This document shows, piece by piece, positions 53,020 to 64,000 of a stretch of 64,000 nt of DNA. Positions within the stretch are counted from its first letter, which is position 1; each line of letters begins with the position of its first letter. The position numbers and the translations under genes were made by a program. The notes beneath the pieces were generated by a model. It was given only the letters and a program-made list of their open reading frames with translations. It ran no database searches and was not told the origin of the DNA. This stretch comes from Octopus vulgaris (Eukaryota), in assembly GCA_951406725.2 (NCBI GenBank), contig OX597816.1, positions 20,522,001-20,586,000 of the forward strand, given 5' to 3'.

Positions 53020-53345
53020 ATAGTTATCGCCATACTAATATGGCATTCTTATAAAAATAAGATGTATTCCACCGAAACTAGGTAAATAAAACCTTCGAAC
53101 AGAGATTGTCAGAAGCGACACCTACTGGTCTGACTACGCTACATTGAAAAGGGGCAATACCCCGAAACACGTCTGTAGCTGTCGGTCAAGTAGTGTGGAG
53201 CGACTGACCTCCCTTGTTCGAAGGTTATATGGATACAGTTTGTGTATCAAATAGCTAACTTAAGGCGATGGCCTCATGGAGCTAATAAGCGGTCAGCTTT
53301 ATTCTTATTTTTATAAGAATGCCATATTAGTATGGCGATAACTAT
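53020..53345. mobile_element. 326-bp rod-like element with perfect 43-bp terminal inverted repeats and a central hammerhead fold
   Basis: IRs at 53020-53062 and 53303-53345; gctaca TTGAAAA gggg caata cccc GAAA cac GTC tgtagc at 53138-53179. Confidence 0.7.
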
Positions 53346-53365
53346 ATATATATATATATATATAT

Positions 53366-53408
<43 letters not shown>

Positions 53409-54629
53409 ATGAGAGAGAAAGAGTGAGAGATAGATTATATGCATATGTATCAGTGTGTATGAATGCATGTTAGCTTATAGAAGACAAATGTCAGCTTAGT
53501 AAGTGCTTATGTTACCATATGCATATATTCACACAGAAAAGCATATAAGAAGAGAGAGGGAGAGAGAGAAAAACTGACACATTCTGTTTAATGTATTTCC
53601 TGTAGGAAATATAGTTTTTTGTTATTTTCGGAAAGAAACCTACAACATTAAAAGACCTAATGAAACTTTAATAGTATAATTTATAGACACAAATTTTAAG
53701 ATATCAGTGATTTTTATCAAAGCACAGGAAAATATGTATTGTGAAATAGCACGTAATTATAGGAAGTTTTGGAAAGATGAATTGCATAAGACACCAGGTC
53801 ACAAATATATGTCAATATTTTTTGATGCATTACAGTATATTATACAATCACAAATAAAACAAAAGCAAATTTATTAGTACGAATGTGTATGTGTGTGTGT
53901 GTGTATATATGTTTAAACTTAATATCTTGAGCCGTCCATGAGCTAAATGATTTACTTTTAACATTTGGTCTGAGATCAAATCACTTGCCAAGGAAGGAAA
54001 TAAAACTCTGAAAAATAAGTCTGTATGAATGCATTTATGATTGCAGATGTATGTATGTATGTATGTATGTATGTATGTATGTATTTATGTATGCATGGTA
54101 TTTTTTTTTCCTTGAGGTTTATTGAAGTTCTTGAGAAAGTTCAGGCCGGTCGCTAACAAAGTGACAAGACTTTGTGAGTAAAGAGAGTTACTGATGTTTT
54201 GTAAATATATACTTGAGTTGGTGCATTGGTTGAAATGTCGATGCCTACACCCGAGTGTGTGCGTCTATTCACATTAAAATCTCAGATGGAGAATTTTGGG
54301 AATGCCATAAAAATCTTCAATGTGCCACAAATAGAGATTGGATTTCAAGAATTCACATCAGTCTTTTTTTGCTCTTTCTCTGTGAAACATGTATGTATGT
54401 ATGTATGTATGTATGTATATATGTATGTATGTATGTATGTATCTATGTATGTATGCATGCATGTATGTGTATGTGACTGCGTGTGTATCATTGGCGATTT
54501 TCTTTCTCCTTCTTCCCTTCCTTGGACCTTTCCTGAGCGTCCAATAACACTATACTTGTTCTATGTCCTATCCATCTATCTATCTATCTATCTATTTATC
54601 TACCTATCTGTCTATCTATCCATCCATCC

Positions 54630-54660
<31 letters not shown>

Positions 54661-54727
54661 CATCCATCCATCCATTCATCTATCTATCCATCTATATATC
54701 TATTTATGCATATATATGTATGTATCT

Positions 54728-55300
54728 ATGTATAAGGACTTGCTGAAGGCTTCCTTAAGAGATGCTTGCATCTCTCCTGACACATAGGAAGGCATAGCTA
54801 ATGATTGTAGCAGGTGGAGAATGATTGTGCATGAGGGGACAGCCACTTTTGACATGAGAAAGTAAGGAGAGATGTCAGGAAGGGTGTCGCTGTTACACTT
54901 CCAGAAGGGAACGGTCTTCCTTTAATGCTGACATGCAATGTCTGTGCAAGACCCTGCCTCAGTAAAGCTGGACTCAATAGTCATCTTCGTAGTCATAAAA
55001 TGAGACATATGAGTGACAACCTGGCCACTGGTGGTGGTGTAACACACCATTCTAATCATATCTTTCAGGCATGTGGAAGAGAGTGTAATTCGGCAGGAGG
55101 ACTTAAATGACATGCAAAGGTACATGGAGCCCAGTTACAACTACAGCCGGCTATTACCAGTAAAGGTTTTAGTTGCCAATTTTGTACAAGACATTGTAGA
55201 TCTTTAGCTGGGCTAAAAAGTCACATTCGATCACAGCACCAGTAACAGTTAAGCTTCGTGCAATGGCCATACTCGATAACAAGGGGGCAGCCATAATAAT
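54728..55300 (+). pseudogene. RTE-type LINE 3' end with three C2H2 zinc fingers
   Basis: YKDLLKASLR...WRMIVHEG...CNVCARPCLSKAGLNSHLRSH...CGRECNSAGGLK*HAKVH...CQFCTRHCRSLAGLKSHIRSQH. Confidence 0.75.
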
Positions 55301-55320
55301 GTATGTATGTATATATACGT

Positions 55321-55540
55321 GGAGGCGCAATGGCCCAGTTGTTAGGGCAGCGGACTTGCAGTCGGAGGATCGCGGTTTCGATTCCCAGACCGGGCGTTGT
55401 GTGTGTTTATTGAGCGAAAACACCTAAAAGCTCCACGAGGCTCCGGCAGGGGATGGTGGTGATCCCTGCTGTACTCTTTCACCACTCTAAAAGGCGGTGC
55501 TCCAGCATGGCCGCAGTCAAATGACTGAAACAAGTACAAA
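55321..55540 (+). mobile_element. Chimera of SINE D head and SINE A tail
   Basis: D-type head switches at ...ccactctaaaaggcggtgctccagc to the family A 3' end. Confidence 0.65.
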
Positions 55541-56524
55541 AAAAAAAAAAATATATGTATGTTTGTCCGTATGTATGTATGTGTATATGAGCGTATGTAA
55601 GGAATAGATGGATGGATAAATGTGTATGCATGTGTGTGTATTTGCACATGCTTTTGTCTATATATATATATCCATGGATAGATGTGCATACCTGTGAGCG
55701 TATGTGTGATTGTGTGTGAGCGTATGTGTGATTGTGTGTGCATGTGCATGTATTTAAGTCTATGTGAATGCATGTAAACATCTATATATGTATGCAAGAT
55801 GTGTATGTGGGTCAGTATGTATGTACATATGTGTGTGTGTGTGTGTGTGTGAGTGTATTTATGAATGTATTTGTGTAGATATATGTGTATGCCTGTGTCT
55901 GTACTTGTTTGGTAACAAAGAGAAATCAGTCGTATCTCCTTAAACATTATTTCTTTAATATAGGCTGATTACATATGAAATCTTCCAAATTCCATGACAT
56001 TTGTTCCATTGTAACAGAAAATTATTCTAAATTTTCAATTCCATTTCTAAATATATACCAATTGTACCAAGCATCAACACTAGACATTGTAATTTGCTAT
56101 GCTACCATTGAATTCATTAAATCCTTGCTTCTAGAATTAACCCTTTCATGATCATATTACTATAAAATTTGTACACACTCAATATGCTTTGCTTAATTTT
56201 TTAAACAAATCAAGAATCACGAGGCCTAAAGTCTACAGTCTTGACAAAGCATTTTGTACATCTGCAAATGTGCCATTTGGTATTGTAATATAATACCAAG
56301 GTGGCACGCTGGCATATATTTATATATATATATATATATATAATATTAATTAGAGACAAAACCACTATTTTGCAAATCAAACAAGGAAAGACTTAATCAA
56401 TACATAAAAAAATTTTAATATAAAGTAAATAAATCGCCACTACAATATATAATATTTTACTATAAAATTGGATTCAATCCTAAATCTGATTTTTCCCTGT
56501 AAATTTGGATTTATTCCCTAATAT

Positions 56525-56575
<51 letters not shown>

Positions 56576-56621
56576 AGTTCAGTAAAAATTTAGATTCAGT
56601 TGAATATGGTACTTAAGTTAA

Positions 56622-56843
56622 CCCTTTCATTACCAACCCGGCTGAAACCAGCTCTGGTTCTGAGTACAAATGTCTTGTTTTCATAAGTTCTGAATTAAAA
56701 TCTTCCACCAAACCTTTTAGTCACAATTTATGTTCCTAACACTAGCTGAATGATAACTAAGTTATTTTACTAAATTCTTTGTTATATTTAAAGTAATTGA
56801 AAGAAACACAGAGCATCTCAAAATAAATACAGTAACAAAAGGG
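56622..56843. mobile_element. piggyBac-type MITE
   Basis: TTAA|CCCTTT...AAAGGG|TTAA; matches 11350. Confidence 0.75.
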
Positions 56844-56934
56844 TTAAAGGCACCAGAATTTGGTATGGTATTATCCATATAATTCAAAATGGGGTGATAA
56901 TAATCAAAATCAGCAACAAGGATATCCAGAGGTA

Positions 56935-57024
56935 ATGCAGTACGATCGTTTCATGTGACTCCATTTAATTGAACAATGCAAGTATTACATCAGTTTTAAA
57001 AGGTAGAGCAATCTTCAGATGCAT
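56935..57024 (-). ncRNA. Type I hammerhead downstream of a putative Penelope-like ORF end
   Basis: atgcat CTGAAGA ttgctc...gagtcacat GAA ACGATCGT A ctgcat; palindromic stem III, imperfect stem II. Confidence 0.55.
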
Positions 57025-57099
57025 AAAAATATAGAATTTAGTTAAATTCAAAAGATTCATTTTTGTAGTTATTCCATTAACCAAAATCACAAAGAGGAT

Positions 57100-57600
57100 A
57101 AGTAGGTAGACAAAGAACATGTTTAATCAACAATATCATAGTTGTAACTGATATTTTTTTCCATGAAGACACAGCTTATCATTGATTTTACTTTGTTATT
57201 TAGAATTACTTCTGGGGGAGGGGGTTTAAGTTTATAGACGAGTTTATCAGGTCTAGTGGAAAACAAGAATCTGTCTTTTATGGATAGAGAAAAAGACAGT
57301 TTAAGTGACAGAGTCATAAATCAAGATCCCTTTGAAGTTGAAACCATTAGGGTTCAGTAAGAATATATTTCAGCCAAAGTTAGTAGGCTAAAGCTGATGG
57401 GGTAGGTGGAGTAAAAACTTATAATACTTAACTATTTAACAGCCATAATCCTAATTGTGATTTGAAATAAATAGGTACATTTTAATGAGTTTTTCAAAGA
57501 ATGAGAACAATTTCAGTATTTTACACAATATAGGGATGGAGAATATAGAAATAATTTCATATTTATATAAGTTTCTACACCAATTTAACAAAAATTTATA
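57100..57600 (-). pseudogene. Highly decayed Penelope-like element ORF end (GIY-YIG region, tentative)
   Basis: Frameshifted YDSVT...IKD.FL...EVILNNK...ISC resembles PLE C-termini; an HHR follows. Confidence 0.35.
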
Positions 57601-57605
57601 GTTAA

Positions 57606-58004
57606 CTAGCAGTATCACCCGGCGTTGCTCGGGTTTGTAAGGGAAATAACTATATAAGCATTTTTAGAGAGTTATAGCCAAAAAATAGCAAAAAAATGAA
57701 TTAAAAATGGAAAACAAATGATGGTAATTTTTTTTTTAAATCGTTGACTCATCGTAGACATTTTTAGAGAGTTACTTCCCTTATATAATAGCGAAAAAAA
57801 TATGCATTAAAATGGAAAAAAATTATGGTAAATTTTTTTTTAAATCGTAGACTCATTGTAGACACGCGCTAATACCCAGAAGCGCTCGATATGAATCACA
57901 ACTATAAGATACCCGGTTTTGGTTAAACTGCACTGCAAAATGTGAGAGTAGTTAGGAATCTAAATCGTAGGAGACAGACACAACTTCTCTTTTATATATA
58001 AAGA
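57606..58004 (-). mobile_element. Non-autonomous Helitron
   Basis: Minus strand A|TC...cccgagcaacgccggg hairpin...CTAG|T. Confidence 0.85.
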
Positions 58005-58969
58005 TTAGTAAATAGTAATTTATTGGTATTAATGAGTTAAATTAAAGGAATGTGTTAAAAATTTCATTTATTTTCTCTATGCTAATAACCATAGAATATA
58101 TTTCTTGTATTATAAAATAGACAGTGGAATATATCAGTATGGTTCTTTATAGGTTGAGTGTGAACTCAACAGAAATGTATTATCAATAAAATGATATAGT
58201 GAGTAAATAAGTAAGATACAATGGTGTAGAATTAAAGTGAAGGAATTTAAATAAATGAATTGAAAAATAAATATAAATTATTGTAGAATACTATAGATAA
58301 GGGGTAGAATAGATTTGTGTTCTAAAAATTTATTATAGAATATACCTAGCTTATCTATATTAATAGGTGAGGTAAGCTGCTATTAGAAAATCTCATATAA
58401 TCTTATAATTTCTAGATTAAAATTAATATTTACTTATCATGGGAATTGTCATGAATGCCTGGTGTTTAATATTGCGTAAAGAAATGATCAAGCTATTGGG
58501 TAAAAGTTATATTATTAATAAGACTTATATAAAATTTTGGGTTCTATCATAGATTTAAGAAAAAGTTATTATTATTCCTTATATGATAATTTATATCTAT
58601 TAATTGGTACTTATAAAATGTTATCTTCTTCTTTATTTACAATCTATTTAAAAAGCTTTCTAATACATGCAAAGCTCATGAGGGTGGGGTTGTTTTAGAG
58701 AAATAGAAACCAAATAATCTAGATATTATTATCTATTCTTTATCAGGTTTTCAATATTAATTAAGGGGTTTAGAAGAACTTTTTATGAGAATACTCCTAG
58801 TAAATAAGGTATTAATTGGCACACATATCAAAATCTTTAAAATATAACGGAAGGGAGGCAACCAAGATGTAAGTTCCTAAAATTAGAAATATTTAAATTT
58901 AGTATTTAAAAGGGAAGTGTAGTTTTATGGGGTATAATAATTTAGGCTAGTTAGAGGTAATATTTATAA

Positions 58970-59346
58970 TCATTATCATCAGCATTTAGCATCCACTTTC
59001 CATGCTAGCATGGGTTGGACGATTCAACTGGGGTCTGGGAAGCCAGAAGGCTGCACCAGGCCCAGTCTGATCTGGCAATGTTTCTACGGCTGGATGCCCT
59101 TCCTAACGCCAGCCACTCCGTGAGTGTAGTGGGTGCTTTTTATGTGCCACCGGCACAGGTGCCAGTCAGGGCTGGCAAACGACCACGGTCGGATGGTGCT
59201 TTTTACATGCCACCGGCACGGGGGCCAGGAGATGCTGGCAACGGCCATGGTCGGATGGTGCTTTTTACGTGCCACCGGCATGGGGGCCAGGCGAGGCTGG
59301 CAACGGCCACGATCAGATGGTGCTTTTTACATGCCACCGGCATGGC
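58970..59346 (-). mobile_element. RTE 3'UTR-type repeat with ~4 tandem units
   Basis: Reverse complement of 6500-6930. Confidence 0.75.
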
Positions 59347-60048
59347 ATTAAAAAAAATTAGGTGGAGTAGAATTCCTGTAGAAATAGATATGGAACTTAC
59401 CAATTCTTTAAAACTTATTGTGGATTAGGTATACAACTTAATAATTTCATTAGATATATAGAATTTATGTAATAATTATAGAAATTTAAAAAGAATTTTA
59501 ATCAACTTTATTCAATTTGCTTATGTTACGAAATTTCTTGATAACTATTCTTGATTAAATAAAAAATAGTAGGGTATATTAGTTCCTTATTGGACTTTAA
59601 AAAACATCACCAGTACAGAGTCAAATTGTCCAACCCATGCTAGCATGGAAAACAGACGTTAAACGATGATGATGATGATGATGATGATGAAAGTGATGGT
59701 TCTGTTGTCAGTTAGGTAAGCAGGCTTTAATGAGACAAAATGAAACCGTAAAGGAACAATGTTTTTCACTAATCTAAATATATTTCATTAAATAATTAAA
59801 TGTTTAGAATTGTCATGTAATCCAGTGTATTCTAATCCTCTTAATTAAATTAATAAGAGATCAAGAATCTCATCATCCCACCAATAAATTTAACAAACCG
59901 GAGTGAAGTTTTGTACCAGAATCAGGACCTCAATCTATACAGAAATACAAAGCACCCATCTAGGATAAATTGTATTGGTCTGGGTCAGATGCATAAAGAG
60001 AGAAAACCCAAGCAGGGACACAATGACTAGCAGTCATTGAAAGAATTT

Positions 60049-60285
60049 AATAATAATAATAATAATAATGAAATTATTGTATACAGTGCTCAGGTGCACC
60101 ACAACTTGTCAAAAGTGCGTATAAAGCATATGCAGTAATGTAAAAATGTCTGGAAAATGAATAATGCATGAGTCAGATACATGCTTGCGTGTGTATGGAA
60201 GGGAGAAAATCAGGTGTAGTGTTGGCGAATCTCAGGAAGCATGGAAGTTTTGAAGGATGCAGTGCTCTGACAACTAACAACTATT
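60049..60285 (-). mobile_element. CR1-like LINE 3' end with (ATT)n tail
   Basis: VVSCQSTASFKTSML fits the CR1-type terminal VV.A.S...FK motif; followed by a short UTR and (ATT)n. Confidence 0.55.
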
Positions 60286-60819
60286 ACATTAGTGTAAGCA
60301 CAAACATGGCTGTGTGGTTAGGGAGTTAATTTTGCAACTAAGATGTTTCAGGTTCCTAAGTTCAATTTCAATATACAGCTGCTTGTTCAAGATGTTCGAG
60401 TTATGTTCGACCACACCATTGAGTTTTACAAATCTGTTTTTAGTGTGCCTGTATATAATATATATATGTGTGTGTATATATAAAAATAAAATACACATAT
60501 ATACTTATAAATAAATATACAAATTAGCGCATGTATACTATTTTTCTGCACTTATATATGTATGTATATGAGTGTTTGTGCATGTGTTTACATACATAAA
60601 CATAATTGTATACACACACACACACACATACATATATGGATGTAGAAGTAGATGTACGGCTAATTGATATATATGGATATACACATAAACTCTGTTTTTC
60701 TTTAAAGTTTGATTTATAAATAGCAATTAATGAAAATAATTAGTTAAATAAATGTTTTTCAATTATTTGTTTATGTTCCCCTTATTTTCTTTCTTTATAT
60801 AGCTATATATTTATATCAA

Positions 60820-60917
60820 TCAATATATATTTATATACACATACATATACATATATATATACATATATATATACATATATGCATATATATGCATATATCT
60901 ATCTATCTTTCTATCTA

Positions 60918-60965
<48 letters not shown>

Positions 60966-61203
60966 TAGATAGATAGATAGATGTATATATACGAATATAT
61001 GTATGTGTATATAGATATATATTGATAGATATAAATATATATATATATATACATACACACACATACACATACATACATACTTACAAACATACATACATAC
61101 ATACGTACATACATACATGCATGCATACATACATATATACATACATGCATACATATATACATACATACATACATACATACATACATGCATACATACATAC
61201 ATA
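60820..61203. repeat. (TA)/(TAGA)/(CATA) microsatellite
   Basis: Seen directly. Confidence 0.9.
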
Positions 61204-61482
61204 GCTGCGTGTATTTGTTTTCTTCTGGAAATAACTTGAAGTTTGAACTTTGATTTCTAGTTCATTATTATTGGAGTTTGTACTAATTAGAATAAATATT
61301 ATGATTCATTAAATTTATTTTTCCACTTTTTTTTCTGTTTTATTATGTTATTCTGTATCGCCATAACTAGTGAATACTGCCAAATAATATAAATTACGGA
61401 AAATTTTCATATGAAAGCAAACACACTCATGGTACAAACATAGCCATGAGTTTAAGAAGTTTGCTTTCATTGCGACTAAATA

Positions 61483-62049
61483 TTGGGTTGTCCGGAATGT
61501 TCGTGCCAATTTATAGTAGTTTACCTTTCGACTTATTTTAGAACATGGTTGAGTCCATAAAATAGGATTTGACTACACCTCCATTTAGAGCATAGTTTAA
61601 GCTATCTTTTCGTGGAAGAAGGTTTATGTTCCTCTAACCTGTGTTAATTCTGTAACCCTTTAAAATGGAAGATAAGAAAGTTCATTTTTGGCACTTGAGG
61701 CTTTGGGAACCGGACATAAATTGCTGCAGCTCGGCTGGGATGTGTTACTCCACCCTTCATATTCACCAGATATTGCTCCTTCAGGTTTCCACTTCTTCAA
61801 GTCTCTGCAGAATAGTCTTATTGGTAAAGATTTCCATTCCTTGGATGACGTAAAAAGATACCTTGATGAATTCTTTGCCATGAAACCACCTCACTTCTGG
61901 TAAGAGGGTATTTTCAAGTCAAAGGAAAGATGGAGACGCATTGTGCAACAAAAATGGTTCATTTTTGGTTTATTAAAAATGTAATGGCAAGTATTTATTG
62001 ACCTTTTTCTTTCCTTTAAAAACCAGCACAAACTTTCCAGACAACCCAA
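61483..62049 (+). mobile_element. Internally deleted mariner (DD34D) element
   Basis: TA|ttgggttgtccggaatgttcgtgc...gcacaaactttccagacaacccaa|TA; MEDKKVHF start fused to LGWDVLLHPSYSPDIAPSGFHFF. Confidence 0.9.
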
Positions 62050-62346
62050 TATCTTAGGTTCCTATCCCACCATATGACACCTTGGACAGTTTACTTTTAC
62101 TGTGAAGGCATCGGATCACCAATGCCTTCTGAGTTAATCTTCGGTAGGCAAAAAGCTATATGGAAGCTCATTGCATGTTCCAAATATATGTGGATATAAA
62201 TGTGTCTGCTTGAATACTGAGGTGCTAAAACTGAGCATTGAGATGCTTCAGTTCCATGTCAAATGCTAAAATTGCTGTTCAATAAATAAGGGATAATAAA
62301 AATATGTAGCAGTCTCAAGAATGAACTGATTGTTGAATATAATTAA

Positions 62347-62740
62347 CTACCAGTATCACCCGGCATTGCTCGGGTTTGTTTCGACCCTTTAGAATTGGAA
62401 TTTTTGAAAAGTAAAAATTTTTGCATTATGTAGCTTGTTATTTTCTTTAAGTGAACATTTCTCTTGTCGAAATACACCAAAAAATGGTGACATAGCAGTA
62501 AAAAATCGTAAAAAGTAGGGATTTTCATAGAAAAAAAAAGCACCTTTTTTATGTAAATAATTTTTGGTGTTAACATGGTCTGATTTAAATCTTTTCTTCT
62601 ATAGAAGAAAGAGCAAGCCTTCTTCTATCATACTCTCAATTTTGGTTAACTTGCACTGCAGGGTCTTGGAGGAAATAGTGTTTGTTAAAGGTTACCAAAC
62701 CTGCCATACACAGAGAACTTCAGTTTTATATATCTAGAGA
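62347..62740 (-). mobile_element. Non-autonomous Helitron, second subfamily
   Basis: Similar termini and hairpin to 57606, different interior. Confidence 0.7.
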
Positions 62741-63039
62741 TTTAAAATTCTTGAATGTTACATCATGGCTACAGTTCAAAAACCGAAAATTATAGAAGAC
62801 ATGTGCAACTGAATAAAATAGTAAATATTTTTTTTAATATCTGGTGTTACAGATAAAGGAAGGGTTTCATCAGCAATGAAACCCTATAAACCCTTTTTGC
62901 TGTTTGAAAGAATTTTTTTCTCCTTACTGGTTTCTTTTACATTGAGTCTTCATTTTCAATTAACTTTTTCTTCTTTCCTCTTTCCTGTTTTTCCTTAATG
63001 TTTGAAGATTTTCATCTGTAATTATTAATTATCTTTCAT

Positions 63040-63333
63040 GATTCCAGTGGCAACATGAAAAGCACTCATCCCACTCTGTAATGTGGTGGGGGCTAGGAAG
63101 TGCATACAGCCACAGAAACCATAGCACATCAGACAAATGGAGTCTGGATAGCTCCCCAGTTGGCCAGCTTCTATCATACTGTCCAACCCATGCCAGCATG
63201 AAAAATGGATGATGATGATGATGATGGTGGAGGTGGTGGTGAGTGGTGGTGAGTGGTGGAGGTGGTGGTGAGTGGTGGTGAGTGGTGGCGGCGGTGGCGA
63301 TGGTGGTGGTGGTGGTGGCGGTGGCAGTGGTGG
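63040..63333 (+). mobile_element. Old RTE 3'UTR copy plus (GAT)/(GGT)n tail
   Basis: gtccaacccatgccagcatg end motif. Confidence 0.6.
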
Positions 63334-64000
63334 TTTGATATTACAGATTAACATTGTTGCAGGTCAAAGTGTTTGCTCATCTATTTCTGATATTTAATAG
63401 GTACAGATATATTTTATATGCCAACCCAGTTCTCTGGGTTCTCTGGAAACTGTTTTTTTTTTTTTTAGTTGTTGGTTCTCTGGAAATTGTTTTTTTTTTT
63501 TATTTTTAGCAGTTGCAAATGATTTCCATTTTCATATTTGTCTTTTTTTTGTTTTCCTTTGCATTCAGTTTTGAAGTGAGTTTTATTTTGACTGGGCATA
63601 ATTCCAGCTCTGTGGACCTTGAGGATCATCAGAACTTTAAAATCTATCTTAATTGCTCCTGACTACATGTCACATTTCATTATCCCTGCTTTGTCCACCC
63701 ATCCATATTGTGACACCAATGTGACAAACAGCCATGAAACCACATCATTTCAGACGTCTCTTGTTTCTCTTGTACATTTATGACCCAAGTACTGAGGTAC
63801 AAATGCATACATGGAGGTATGTCTAAGGATTTCAGCCCATGCTTTTTGGCTGGCTCTTCAGTTTCTAATGTACAACAGACAGTACTGTAAATTTCACTTT
63901 TTACACTTAAGAAAAATTTCCCTTGATATATATTGGAGAGGTTTTTCTGTTACTTGATGTGAGAGATAATTTTGTCCCCTTTTAGACGTTTGTATTTAGA

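Overview
AT-rich, microsatellite-dense eukaryotic DNA, intronic or intergenic. The SINE/LINE repertoire points to an octopus (coleoid cephalopod) genome; this is an inference from repeat recognition. No intact host protein-coding gene can be supported, and nearly all long ORFs in the track are microsatellite or tandem-repeat artefacts. The window is a nested transposon graveyard: tRNA-derived SINEs (three head types), RTE, R4/Dong, CR1 and I-group LINE fragments, a Gypsy gag remnant, a near full-length DD37D (maT) transposon, an internally deleted mariner, piggyBac-type MITEs, non-autonomous Helitrons and Helentron-type (HINE) elements. The strongest unexplained signal is about ten type I hammerhead-ribozyme (HHR) motifs (CUGANGA...GAAA, often with a palindromic stem III), as known for Penelope-like elements. 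They sit in small non-coding, often palindromic elements, mostly inside (TA)n/(TAGA)n tracts. One element (1647-2199) couples a tRNA-derived Pol III head to an HHR in each inverted arm. All calls were made by eye and coordinates of degenerate elements are approximate.
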